NCBI RefSeq assembly: GCF_001194135.2
Contig: NC_069000.1
Span: forward strand, 2,294,508-2,331,635
DNA: 37,128 nucleotides
DNA from: Octopus bimaculoides
Lineage: Eukaryota
Direction of reading: 5' to 3'
The notes under the pieces are model-generated. The model was given only the letters and a program-made list of their open reading frames with translations. It made no database searches and was not told where the DNA came from. The translations under genes were made by a program, and so were the position numbers. Shown here piece by piece: positions 22,941 to 34,404 of the stretch (position 1 is the stretch's first letter; every line of letters starts with the position of its first letter).

Positions 22941-24475
22941 TTTTTTCTTTGTTTGACCGAGGAAGGGGCAAATATAAAAGACACCTCAACACTTACAGAA
23001 CCCATATACAAATATCATTCGACGCAGTTTACCAAATCCAGTCACAAATGATTCAGTTATATTTCTGTTGACGTATATTCATTTGTATGACACCCGATGA
23101 CTGTAGGTTAATCACATTTTTCCAGGTACTTTAAACAAATGCACCTCAAATTTTATCTATACTCTGTTCCATGGTAAAAAAAAATCCCAGTGAGGTTTGC
23201 TCGTACCTTGGCGCATTTCAATGATAGGAAGTAGAGAGAAGCATGTTATCGTTTTGAAATATCAATTTTTCAGTTGATCAATTCAGAATTAGAAAAAGAA
23301 ATAAAATTTGGGAAATCTTATCAATCTTTGTAAGTAAAAGGAAAACCAAAACGCCGCCATTCTACAGATCATTTCATAATGTAGAAAATATTATTGAAGA
23401 AAGACTGAAATATAAGTTTTGATGATTCTGCAAAATTCCTCTCATCGTATGTTCTCAGAAACATTTTAAAGAATTGGTCTGCATATTTCTTTCTACCCAT
23501 TTATGTTGTCAGGAAAATTAAATTTTCTTACGTATGAAATTATATATTTTTTAGTAGTTTGGTACAATGCTGCTGGCGAAGGCAACGTTTTGAGAGGAGA
23601 TTTAGTTATGGAAACATAATTTCTATTTATTATAGAAAACCAGGTAAATTTGCAGTGTTGCTTGCCAATAATACACCAAACCATTCTATTAAGAATTTAC
23701 TATGGTTCCATAATTGAGGAGAGATTACTTTTGTGATTCTAATTATAACAGGAGTTTATGCTTCATAACTATCCCTAATTAAAGTTTTTCCAGCGTTGAT
23801 TAATCATATTCAATAATCGGTAGAAAAACAAAACAAAAACCAAATCTTTGTGATCTTTAAGATCTGTGCTTGCGGCTAATCATTCTATTCTGTCATCTAT
23901 ATTAAATGTAGAGCCAATTTCTTCGGGTTTATGCAGTTTTATGTGTTCTACCTCGATTTATTTAAATATTACTAATATTTGGCAATCTTTTGTTATATGC
24001 TTTGTTCTCTATATTACAAAGATTTTCGATGTTTTAAATTATGTAATAATCTGAAATTTTTGTGTAACGAAGATTCGGCGTTGCTTCGGTATTTCTAAAA
24101 AAGCAGATATTTTACCAGAATGAAGAAATCTGTTTAAAATTGCTTCAAGTCCCTCTTGCATAGCTGGTACTTTCGTCTTAATAAATACATATCCTCTTCT
24201 TGTATTTCAGGTAAATCTTTGTCCCAAAATTTCTCTGCTGCCTCATTTTCACCAATATTCTCTTTTTTTATTAGATGAAGAATTTCAGGTAATATATTTT
24301 AGAGGTAAGAGTAATATTTCTGGTGAACATATTCAGTGGATACCGTTGCACATTCAGTTAGATGTTAGCGGTCTATGTAAATTTTTCTCGATGAAAATGT
24401 GCTATCGATATCTGTATATAATAAAGGGGAAGCAGAAGACGGAAACGAGATTGCGCAATAATCCTTTCTAATAGA

Positions 24476-24622
24476 GGCACGAAGCCTGAAATTCGTTGGG
24501 GAGGGGACTAGTCGATTTCATCGACCCCAGTGTTTCATTGGTACTTATTTTATCGGCCCCGAAAGGATGAAAGGCAAAGTCGGCCTCGGGGGCATTTGAA
24601 CTCAGAACGTAGCGGCAGATAA
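24476..24622 (-). mobile_element. SINE family 2 (inside the inferred 240-nt intron 24412-24651)
   Basis: gtcgatttcatcgaccccagtg...gtacttattttatcggccccgaaaggatgaaaggcaaagtcggcctcgggggcatttgaactcagaacgta; the best preserved copy in the window. Confidence 0.9.
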
Positions 24623-25414
24623 TGTCGTATAAGAATTTCTTAAATCCTTACATTTCGCCTCTCTAATCTTTAGGAGAATAAAAATGCTATACAACTGAGC
24701 TTTGCATATACTTAAATCAGTCTTAGTACTTGGGTTGATACTTATTTCATCAGCGTCAGATATTTGGTCGTAATAACGAAATGATTGTAAGGGAAAAAGT
24801 TTCTGAATATATTTCGTATACATCGTTTCAATTACAACATAGGTAAAAGTTGTTTATTACTTCAACTATAACTCTACGATATCGTACACATGATAAAATG
24901 ACTACAGATATAATTTTAATATATTCACTGTATCCATAGTCAGATACAAACTAGAATCGTTACGCCAGAACGTTTTTCTTCCGGCGTCACGATTGGTAAA
25001 TAGGTAACATTTTCACTACCTGGATTACCTGACGAGACTACTTCAGCAATGGTATTTGTATAATTATGGACATCAAAACCTAACCTGCATGGCACTCGGC
25101 GATCTACCAATATCTGTTACGCCTTGTGAATGTATAAAAACTGGTGTTGGTATGAAATTCAATTGTTTTGAGAATAATTACCTCAGATATGCCAGCCACA
25201 GGAAAAAATCAATAGTTAATTTAGTGTAAAGATATCTAATCTGATGAGAATACTGAAAACCTGGCAAGAAATAATTATGCCCCGAAAAGAAATCAATATT
25301 AATTAATGTCTAATTTTGTGTTAAGTATTTCCTCAAATATTATAAGTATGGCCTGTTTCTCACTTATGCTGACCTTACCAACGAGGTATATACAAAAATG
25401 CATGCATATACACA

Positions 25415-25416
<2 letters not shown>

Positions 25417-25445
<29 letters not shown>

Positions 25446-25455
25446 TGTAGTAGAA

Positions 25456-25516
<61 letters not shown>

Positions 25517-25530
25517 TAATAATAATAATA
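25417..25530. repeat. (TATC)n followed by (AAT)n array (25457-25530)
   Basis: Directly visible. Confidence 0.95.
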
Positions 25531-25907
25531 GAGTTCATCTAGAAAGAAATGGTTTGTAATCGATGTATCGACACCAACAGATGACGTTTCTCTAAAAGAA
25601 GCAGAGAAACTTGCAAAATACAAATATCGGGAAATAGAGGTAACTCGAATGTGAAATCTAAAAGAAGAAACAATTCCTATCATAATAGGCGCATTAGGTA
25701 TGATAAAAAAACAAAAAACAAATACATAACAAAAACACCAGGACTAACAAGTATATATAACATACAAAAAATAGTATTACTAGGTACCGCACACAACCTT
25801 TTAGTAGAGTGAAAATAAGAGCACCACAAAAAAACCACAGGACATACCTAAGGCACTCAGAGCTGCGCTCGGTAGTGAAGTTAAAGCACGTGATGAAAAT
25901 AAGACTA

Positions 25908-25910
<3 letters not shown>
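25531..25910 (+). mobile_element. 5'-truncated Dong/R4-clade LINE: endonuclease C-terminus plus 3' UTR
   Basis: Reads RKKWFVIDVSTPTDDVSLKEAEKLAKYKYREIEVTRM*NLKEETIPIIIGALGMIKK (TGA at 25652-25654 where Trp is expected; IGALG 25685-25699), then after a shift KYITKTPGLTSIYNIQKIVLLGTAHNL. This is the ID...E..K..KY..L...W...IP..IGALG...Q...LLGTAH pattern of R4/Dong elements. Ends in an (AAT)n tail. Confidence 0.92.
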
Positions 25911-25979
<69 letters not shown>

Positions 25980-25993
25980 TATTATTATTATTA
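25911..25993. repeat. (AAT)n tail switching to (ATT)n
   Basis: Directly visible; inversion centre at 25978/25979. Confidence 0.95.
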
Positions 25994-26535
25994 CTTCTAC
26001 TACAATTCTTCATATTACTATTATTGCATTTAAAAGGAAAAAAAAAAATTATTCCAGGTACATTATCCTGTGTGTCAGCAAGTGCACACTACAGTTCCCA
26101 TCGTGTGTGAAGTTATTAAATTTCTGGATGTGCATGCTTTCCATCTAATTAGCTGCGTTGGATTGTTTGCTTTGAAGCGACGTGTGCTGCATTAATTTTG
26201 CTTTTCTTTGTTGTGAAATATATTTATTTGTTTTTTTGCTCGTAGTAAAAATATTGGGTGATGCGTATGTGTCAGCTAGGTAATGGTGTATATGCTGCGA
26301 GAGTGTTACAAATAAATTAGGTGCTGCGCATACGTAACCTAGCTATCAAGTTTTAAATGTTAGACACCGGAAACCTAACTTGTATTTTCGCGTAGCTCAC
26401 CTTGCAAGTATCCACTACAGACATAACATATTCAGTAATAAGCATTCAGAACTTGCTTTCTAAATTTTTTCTACCAGAGTAAGTAGATTTAAGAATCCAT
26501 CAGTTAGGCCACTGCTAGAACACAATTGATATTAA

Positions 26536-26746
26536 TTTCAAATTTGGGTACAAACAACGCTAACAATTTTCCGAGCAGGGTAAGTCAATTACATCGACCC
26601 CATTGCTCAACGGGTACATATTTTATCGACTTCTGAAAGGATGTACAAAGTGGACCTATGCAGAATTTGAACGCAGAACATGAAGACGGACGAAATACAG
26701 CAAAATATTTTGCCAGACGTGCTCATGATTCTGCCAGTTCACCGCC
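26536..26746 (-). mobile_element. SINE family 2, near full length
   Basis: gtcaattacatcgacccca...ttttatcgacttctgaaaggatg..caaagtggacct...gaatttgaacgcagaac...gattctgccagttcaccgcc. Confidence 0.85.
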
Positions 26747-26783
26747 TTAGAAAACAATTAATATTACGCATTTGCCATCATCA

Positions 26784-26845
26784 CACCAGGAAAAATGCTT
26801 AGTACTATATTCTCCGACTTTAAGTTCTGATTTCAAATTCCGCCG
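26784..26845 (+). mobile_element. SINE family 2 head fragment, opposite orientation to its neighbour
   Basis: caccaggaaaaatgcttagtacta...ctttaagttctgatttcaaattccgccg includes B-box-like tttcaaattcc. Confidence 0.65.
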
Positions 26846-28258
26846 TATATATGGCAGAAAAGTGTCTAATTGCTGAGATACTTTTAATATGGTCATCGTT
26901 CTAGTATCTCTTAATCATTAATGCTCGTTGACAGCAAGTGAATTGGAGAATGATCATGTTAATATTTGACTGCTATTTCTAAAAGGGAAGGCGGTAACCT
27001 AGATTCGCTAGATTTTTCCTCGCTGGATTGTGTACATATTAGTTACAAACTCAATGATAACAAATTGTATGAATTCCTCTCATGTGAACACAAATTATTT
27101 CCCGTGTCTTCTAAATCATTTGACATTAATGAGTTTCGATTTAAACTGATCAGAACTATGAAATATACCGAAGAACTGCACAAATCTTGCAAGAAATAAA
27201 ATGCCATAAAAGATTACGAAATGAATGTCTGAATATTATTGCTGTGTTTGTTAATTAATTTCTTTTGAAAGGAAACTGAACGTAATTTAAAGTTAGTCTT
27301 TATATATGATGATATCATTTCCTTTCCTAACAAGGATGCCGACTTAACGACGCCATGCAGCTTGGAAGTGATTTACACTACATATTACTGATGTTATCGT
27401 TGCTCAACATGAAGTAGATTTTCTTCCAATATTAATAATAAACTAAAATGGCAAATGATGCTCTGCGTGTGGTATTGAAAATTATCCAACCATTCATGCG
27501 TCCCAGTTTCTTTCATTTATTTAATACTATAATGAATAAATCGATATAGCTTCATATGTGTGTGTATGACGATTACAAATTGACAGTGCATTTCTCATTA
27601 GCTTAAAATACTTTATGTCTCCTAAATAATAGTTATTTATCTGATAGCATAAATGTCCATAGTGCTATATTTACGATAATGTATACCAACACATTCAATA
27701 TCAATATAACAGTATCAGTAATGGCCATGCTGTTTGAAATATAATAATTTACGGTCTACGAAACCTAAATCACATTTAGCAAAGACAGTTGGATATTAGA
27801 CAACAGTCGCAGTTGTCGCCATGGTCATCATATCAAAGTCATTTGTTAGGCACTCATAAGAGGTCACATTGTAGTTATTGTTGCTGTTTAAATCCAGTTT
27901 ATCTCTGATCAAGGAGAATTACAATAAAAATCATTACAAAATGTATTAATCGTTAAGTATTAATTGTTGGCACTAATTGTACATAAAAGAGTTATTACCA
28001 CTTAGGCAATAATTCTGAATGCTAATTTTTCCGTACTAATACTCGTTAATTTAAGTACTAATTGGCTATAGTAATTATAGAAAACAATTGATAAATACTA
28101 TTTATTAGGTGGTCAGTCTTAGGTACAACTTTACATTAGAACTCGAAGACATGGATAGAGAGGATACAATATAGTATATATCACCGTTTTATTAATTCAC
28201 AGTACTGTTATTATTTTTATTGTTAATGTTATTGTAGCTGTCTTCGTTGTGATCAGTA

Positions 28259-28285
28259 CGTGAACGTTTCTGCCAGCTCGCCGCC
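28259..28285 (-). mobile_element. SINE family 2 5'-end fragment
   Basis: aacgtttctgccagctcgccgcc matches the terminus of the copies at 5133, 26746 and 33613. Confidence 0.6.
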
Positions 28286-28650
28286 TTTGAATAGAGACAC
28301 TATCAACAAACAGATGATATATCAAATTTCCAATTTCTCAATGGAAGGCTCGAACAAGGCAAGATGGTCATAGCAAGAATACTCGGAACAAGAGACGACG
28401 CGATGTTATCTAACTTGGCGTTATACAACAAGCATATCAACGTACGTACAATGATTTTTGAATATAATTTTTTTTCTTTGTACTGGAGAATAATTTGACA
28501 CTTATCTCACATAATTATTGCAGTTTCAATTACAAATTGCTAAAACACAATTTTTCCTAATACACAATGAGCATATCGTGAAATCGACTTTTCTAAATAT
28601 TCATTCCAATGGCATTTTAAAAATAAAGAATAAGAAAAACACAAACGGAA

Positions 28651-28797
28651 ATATATATATATATATATATANNNNNNNNNNNNNNNNNNNNNNNNNNNNN
28701 NNNNNNNNNNNNNNNNNNNNNNNNNNNNNNNNNNNNNNNNNNNNNNNNNNNNNNNNNNNNNNNNNNNNNNNNNNNNNNNNNNNNNNNNNNNNNNNNN
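28651..28797. other. Assembly gap (N 28672-28797) preceded by (TA)n
   Basis: N run. Confidence 0.98.
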
Positions 28798-28912
28798 TTA
28801 TCGGAAAGCAATAAAAATGTATCCGGCATTGTATTGTATTTGAGATTTTATCTAATTAACTGAACACACTCCTAAACACCCATACCCCCACACGCGTACA
28901 CACAGACATATT

Positions 28913-29140
28913 AATAAGAGCAGGGTGTTGCACTTACGGTCGTAAGACTGTGCTTTCGATTCCTAGATCGGGTGACACGTTGTGTCCTTGAGCAAAATAC
29001 TTCATTTCACTCTCCTCCAAATTGCGCAGCTGACAAAACGTGCAAATCGTGCGACGGACCGGCGTTCTGTCCAGCTGGGAAATATATACGCCATAAAAAC
29101 TGGGGGGAAATAGCCCTGTGAATCTAAATGAAACGGGAAG
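28913..29140 (+). mobile_element. tRNA-derived SINE, family 3
   Basis: B-box-like tttcgattcc (28954-28963), then tgtgtccttgagcaaaatacttcatttcac and gcgacggaccggcgttctgtccag, which I recall as conserved SINE central-domain motifs. Superfamily not assigned. Confidence 0.75.
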
Positions 29141-29167
29141 GAAAATTAATTTGCTACTATTACTGAA

Positions 29168-29203
29168 TTCAGCCATGCGGCTGCGGTCATGCTGGAGCAC
29201 CAC
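29168..29203 (-). mobile_element. SINE family 1 3'-end fragment
   Basis: ttcagccatgcggctgcggtcatgctggagcaccac matches 34418-34455. Confidence 0.7.
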
Positions 29204-29849
29204 GATGGTGTTTCTGATTTCTCCAGTGTGGGATGCGTCATATCACCACTCCTGTATGTGTCTTTGTTCCAGCTGTTGGCCCATTTGGTGTATGAGGAAT
29301 TTTCATCCATTTCGTCCTCTTTTCCATGGCTATTTAAGCCTTATTTAATTAAAGTTTGTTGTGCTTATGTACGTTATTAAAATGTTTAATTTTTGCATAC
29401 CTCTGTAAGGTTGCATATTTATTTTGAGCACTGCTATGTGTGCACATGTAAATGCATATATTTGTTTTAATGCCGTTCTTTAAGGTTATAAAGATCTATA
29501 TCTATATATCATTATATGCCCATTGGGTTTGAGAGCTAATGGTTAACAAGTACATTTATTCAAAAATTGGAGATCACTCTATGTATATTCCAAAGAAAAC
29601 ACTTATTTTAAAGGAAAAACTAAAATTCAATAAAAATAAATGTAGGAAAGAATATATTCACGTGAGATGTTTATTTCAAGCAAACTACACATGTGGACTC
29701 AGAGTAATACACATCCTCTCTCACTCACTGACATACAAGTACATACATATATTTATTCATCTCTATTTTTGCATTGCTTCATTTTCCAATAGATTTACAT
29801 ACAATTTTTTTTTTCTTTTGGTTTCTGTTAAATTTGTTATTGCACACGC

Positions 29850-31000
29850 CATTGAGTAGCGTCAGTCCTCTCTACACCGTAAGCATAACTACAGAATATG
29901 AACATTTATCTTAAAGTCTTCTCTACAAAAAAAAAAAGCATTGGTACAAAAACACAGTATCCTTCTAACAAGCATCACAGAAAATTTGCTGAAAAACATT
30001 AAGTAGAATACACTTCTGGTTAAAAGAATTCGTTTACGAAATGCTAATTGATTCTAAGTTCAGTTGCAAGACAAGTTGATGCTCAAATAATACTAAACTC
30101 ACTGGAAGTTTCGAGAAACATCTTCAAAATGGGAGAGAACATAAAGGTAAATATATATTTAAAGTCTGTGAAAGCAGGTAAATGACAAATCGCATAGAAT
30201 GGATTATAATGTTTACAATATTCACTCTTCTGACAATTAGCAACACAACTATAAAACATCCATTTATAATACTTTCAAACCTATTAATGGCGAGGAAAAT
30301 TAAGCGTAAGCATGTTATATAATAGGAGGCAGTGCATAGATTCTCTCTTTGCACCTAATAAATCTAACGTGACTATCAAGAATACCATCGAAACATTTCG
30401 ACTAATATCACAAGTCACAACTAAAGGCGAAAAAAGATTAATCAATAAAAAGATATTTGTTAAATTCAACACTAATATTCAGAAAATAGCAAATGTACAA
30501 AATGGAACAACAGAGCCTCTGTTATATATTGCTTGAAACACAACTTTTATGAAGCCACCAAATATTTTTATTGAATTTAATTCTGATGTATACTAACCTG
30601 ATATTGTTAAAATATATTGCGGACAAGAACAGAATCGATCGCAAAACCATATAATATTGCGGTACCCTTTAAATATTCATATTCTTAGATAATATTTCCA
30701 TTTTGATACACAATAATATGTATCTTCATAAAATTGATTCAGCTAATGAGCTAGACAACAGGTTAAGATCATTAAAATATTCTGAAGCTGCAGAAAGAGC
30801 TTCTGGGTGACTTTGGATAAAGAGAGACGAGTGGTTTGCTGTGATAGGAAAGCAAACTGGGGCTCGATCAAGCGCCAACTACGACAGGGTTTAATGCTGA
30901 AAGATTCGAAAGCCCTTGAAGCGCCAGAAACATCTCTGACGATGCATTCCAGAACATCGTGAAGTTGTATTTTAAACATTTATCTAGTGTTGCAAACACT
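29850..31000 (+). pseudogene. Decayed coding-like block, origin unidentified (gene or transposon)
   Basis: A-rich plus strand with semi-open frames: LSSVARQVDAQIILNSLEVSRNIFKMGENIKVNIYLKSVK; ORF 30312-30536 continuing past isolated stops to ~30690; LHKIDSANELDNRLRSLKYSEAAERASG*LWIKRDEWFAVIGKQTG. No recognised motif. Confidence 0.25.
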
Positions 31001-31231
31001 AACGTAAATATTACTTTCAAATTTTAGCACTAGGACAGCTTTTGGAATTTATTGCGTTTTTACATTTTGGAATTTTTTTTTTCGAGAATTCTAATTTTGA
31101 ATAATTTTGGAATCTATTTTGTTTTTTTTTTCTACTTAATTTTAGTTAATTTTTGTTTATTTTCAGATCATTAACATGGAATGTCAAGTTTAAAAAAACG
31201 AGCATTTTCGACACTTTTTTGCTTTTAATCA

Positions 31232-32167
31232 NNNNNNNNNNNNNNNNNNNNNNNNNNNNNNNNNNNNNNNNNNNNNNNNNNNNNNNNNNNNNNNNNNNNN
31301 NNNNNNNNNNNNNNNNNNNNNNNNNNNNNNNNNNNNNNNNNNNNNNNNNNNNNNNNNNNNNNNNNNNNNNNNNNNNNNNNNNNNNNNNNNNNNNNNNNNN
31401 NNNNNNNNNNNNNNNNNNNNNNNNNNNNNNNNNNNNNNNNNNNNNNNNNNNNNNNNNNNNNNNNNNNNNNNNNNNNNNNNNNNNNNNNNNNNNNNNNNNN
31501 NNNNNNNNNNNNNNNNNNNNNNNNNNNNNNNNNNNNNNNNNNNNNNNNNNNNNNNNNNNNNNNNNNNNNNNNNNNNNNNNNNNNNNNNNNNNNNNNNNNN
31601 NNNNNNNNNNNNNNNNNNNNNNNNNNNNNNNNNNNNNNNNNNNNNNNNNNNNNNNNNNNNNNNNNNNNNNNNNNNNNNNNNNNNNNNNNNNNNNNNNNNN
31701 NNNNNNNNNNNNNNNNNNNNNNNNNNNNNNNNNNNNNNNNNNNNNNNNNNNNNNNNNNNNNNNNNNNNNNNNNNNNNNNNNNNNNNNNNNNNNNNNNNNN
31801 NNNNNNNNNNNNNNNNNNNNNNNNNNNNNNNNNNNNNNNNNNNNNNNNNNNNNNNNNNNNNNNNNNNNNNNNNNNNNNNNNNNNNNNNNNNNNNNNNNNN
31901 NNNNNNNNNNNNNNNNNNNNNNNNNNNNNNNNNNNNNNNNNNNNNNNNNNNNNNNNNNNNNNNNNNNNNNNNNNNNNNNNNNNNNNNNNNNNNNNNNNNN
32001 NNNNNNNNNNNNNNNNNNNNNNNNNNNNNNNNNNNNNNNNNNNNNNNNNNNNNNNNNNNNNNNNNNNNNNNNNNNNNNNNNNNNNNNNNNNNNNNNNNNN
32101 NNNNNNNNNNNNNNNNNNNNNNNNNNNNNNNNNNNNNNNNNNNNNNNNNNNNNNNNNNNNNNNNNNN
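31232..32167. other. Assembly gap (936 N)
   Basis: N run. Confidence 0.99.
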
Positions 32168-32283
32168 TCTTCTTCTTTTTCTTCTTATTCTTCTTCTTCT
32201 TCTTCTTCTTCTTCTTCTTCTTCTTCTTCTTCTTCTTCTCCTCCTCCTTCTTCTTCTTCTTCTTCTTCTGATGATGATGGTGG

Positions 32284-32320
<37 letters not shown>

Positions 32321-32364
32321 AACGACAATAACGCGACGACGTCGGTGATGTTGACGATAATGAC

Positions 32365-32395
<31 letters not shown>

Positions 32396-32525
32396 ATGAT
32401 GAACACAATAATTATGATCATGTCGGAGACGTCCACAATGGTGAAACCATCGAAGTCTCTGAATATAATGAAGATAATGAGGATGGTACTGATAACGATG
32501 ATGATGATGATGATGACGACGATGA
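32168..32525. repeat. Compound trinucleotide array (TTC)n-(TGA)n-(TGG)-(CGA)-(TGC)n-(TGA)n
   Basis: Directly visible. Confidence 0.95.
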
Positions 32526-32710
32526 TCAGAAACACTTAAAAATAAGTTTTATTATTATGGCTTTCCTTATTGCTGCCGGTCTCAAACATCGCCTTAGTTA
32601 ATCCACAAGAATTACAATGGATTGTTCTGGTTTAACTGATAAGTACGCGTCACTTGTTCCCTGTTCAATCGCGATACATTTTCCAAAGTAATTAACAATT
32701 CTACAAAACA

Positions 32711-32971
32711 GCCACCAACCGCCATCACCACCACCCACCAACACCCATCACCACCACCNNNNNNNNNNNNNNNNNNNNNNNNNNNNNNNNNNNNNNNNNN
32801 NNNNNNNNNNNNNNNNNNNNNNNNNNNNNNNNNNNNNNNNNNNNNNNNNNNNNNNNNNNNNNNNNNNNNNNNNNNNNNNNNNNNNNNNNNNNNNNNNNNN
32901 NNNNNNNNNNNNNNNNNNNNNNNNNNNNNNNNNNNNNNNNNNNNNNNNNNNNNNNNNNNNNNNNNNNNNNN

Positions 32972-33041
<70 letters not shown>

Positions 33042-33052
33042 GTCGCTGCTGC
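32711..33052. repeat. (CCA)n, assembly gap (N 32759-32971), (TAC)n
   Basis: Directly visible. Confidence 0.95.
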
Positions 33053-33403
33053 ATTAGAATTGGAATTGCGAATGTTAAGTGATGTAATCAAATTCAAGTC
33101 GACTTATTCGAGATAATTCTAATCTTTCTGCTTAGTCTAACAGTATTCTCTTCCTTCACCGCCGTCGCTACTTCTGCCGCTTTGTATTGATTGCTTATGA
33201 TTTAGAGACAAGACTAGCAATTATGAGACGAGAGGGCAGATGATAACATCGTGGAAAGGATGATAAACCGAATTTGACCTTGGTGCGATTTGAAACAAGG
33301 ATGCAAAGTGCCAAAACGAATATGGTAAGACATTTTTTACGATGCTCCAACGATTCTGTTTTTTTTTCTTTTTTCTCTTTGCTTACACTCTGTAATATAC
33401 GTC

Positions 33404-33613
33404 TACAATTTTGGCACAAGGGCGGCAATTTGGCGGGTAGATCGATAAATCGACCTCTACTTCCCAGCTGGTAGTTACTTTATCGACCCGTTCCCTCCCG
33501 AAATAATAAAAGGTAAAATCAACCTCGACGAAATTTGAACTTAGAAAATAATGATGGACGTATAACCGCTGAGCATTTTGTCCGGCGTGCTAACGATTCT
33601 GCCAGCTTTCGCC
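33404..33613 (-). mobile_element. SINE family 2, near full length, decayed
   Basis: ttttggcacaagggcggcaatt...atcgacc...tttatcgacc...aaaggtaaaatcaacctcgacgaaatttgaacttagaa...ccggcgtgctaacgattctgccagctttcgcc. Confidence 0.85.
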
Positions 33614-34404
33614 TTCCCACGCTCTGTATTATTAATAATGGGTTGTGATTACGGAAATCACATTGGAAATTTCAGGTGCTATTCGTTTCAATCTTACCAA
33701 GAACTCAGCATTGTTTATAGAAATATGCTGATCATAAGTGATCATAACTGGTTAGTAATTTGAACATGTTAAGCTTGATTCACCTCTCCTTATTGGGCGT
33801 TTACATAGACAGGTAACAGAAAATATTGTTATAGAAGGAATATTGCATCTTTGCGAAATGGATTATCGACAGAATCAAATTAGTCGCCGGAGAACGAGCC
33901 TATACATTGTGAGGAATTTAGACATTTATCATATGTGAAAGAAAAAAAAAACAAAAAGCAAAAGAACAAAACGAAATCAAATGTCCATCCTCAACTTGAA
34001 GAAATGAACATTTTATGCTAAAGTGTATAAAATTGTTCTTGTAGATATTATCATTTTTCAGACACTTTTGCATTTTGCTTCAGAAAAGATATTACTTATT
34101 AACGTTGCCGACAGATTCTTAATAATATATATACATATCTGCCAGTTGAAAGGATAATATACCACAGAAATAATGCAAAGTAGACGACAATTATATAACA
34201 AGTGTATTGTGGGATACAGAATTTATCAAATATACAACAGGATTTATTAGTCATACATATTACTATCCCTCTTCAACAGTGTTAATGCGTTATCTATGGA
34301 ACGCTACGTTGTTTCGGATATCATTCACTTCAAGTCAGTAGTGATAACAATCGACCATACATCAGTAAATTGTTGTTGTTGATAATGGACATGTCTGGTC
34401 TTGT

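Larger units (their letters stand above)
19650..25260 (-). pseudogene. Core of a decayed multi-exon protein-coding gene (exons approx. 25260-24652, 24411-22997, 21910-~21690, ~21569-21356, ~21290-21010, 20902-20814, 20140-~19650); family unidentified
   Basis: Phase-matched GT-AG junctions: KIREAK t|gtaagg (24651)...tatacag|at IDSTF (24411) gives Tyr. FVYGF t|gtaagt (22996)...ccgttaag|ac AAGMFDGDLAVISVMFSDCIGLPRW (21910) gives Tyr plus 57 open codons. SKNSD|gtaaga (20813)...cttaatag|LVAPGPTGAY (20140) is phase 0. Other open runs: 58 codons (25116-24943), ~67 codons before the 24651 donor, 54 and 48 codons near 24298-24040. SINEs and microsatellites fall in the inferred introns. Many in-frame stops and several frameshifts. 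Confidence 0.55.

Noticed and set aside
19650-25260. Idea that A-to-I editing rescues the stops (UAG/UGA/UAA to UGG), making this a live gene
   Set aside because: Stops are too many and frameshifts cannot be repaired by editing; there is no sequence evidence for it.
10440-25260. Naming the fossil gene as RNF213, GVIN1, HELZ2, TRANK1, sacsin or similar
   Set aside because: Size and composition fit loosely, but I found none of their diagnostic motifs (e.g. RNF213 GETGCGKT, SF1 GPPGTGKT).
26966-27199. 77-aa ORF (MTAISKREGG...)
   Set aside because: No recognisable motif or supported splice partner; several ORFs this long are expected by chance in 37 kb.
28913-28975. tRNA genes at SINE heads (also 936-1000, 7460-7530)
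   Set aside because: Only degenerate A/B-box remnants; no cloverleaf can be built, and they continue into SINE body sequence.
31146-32408. 420-aa and 372-aa ORFs (also 8333-8783, 28518-28829, 32612-33097)
   Set aside because: Open only because they cross N gaps and triplet repeats; translations are X runs and homopolymers.
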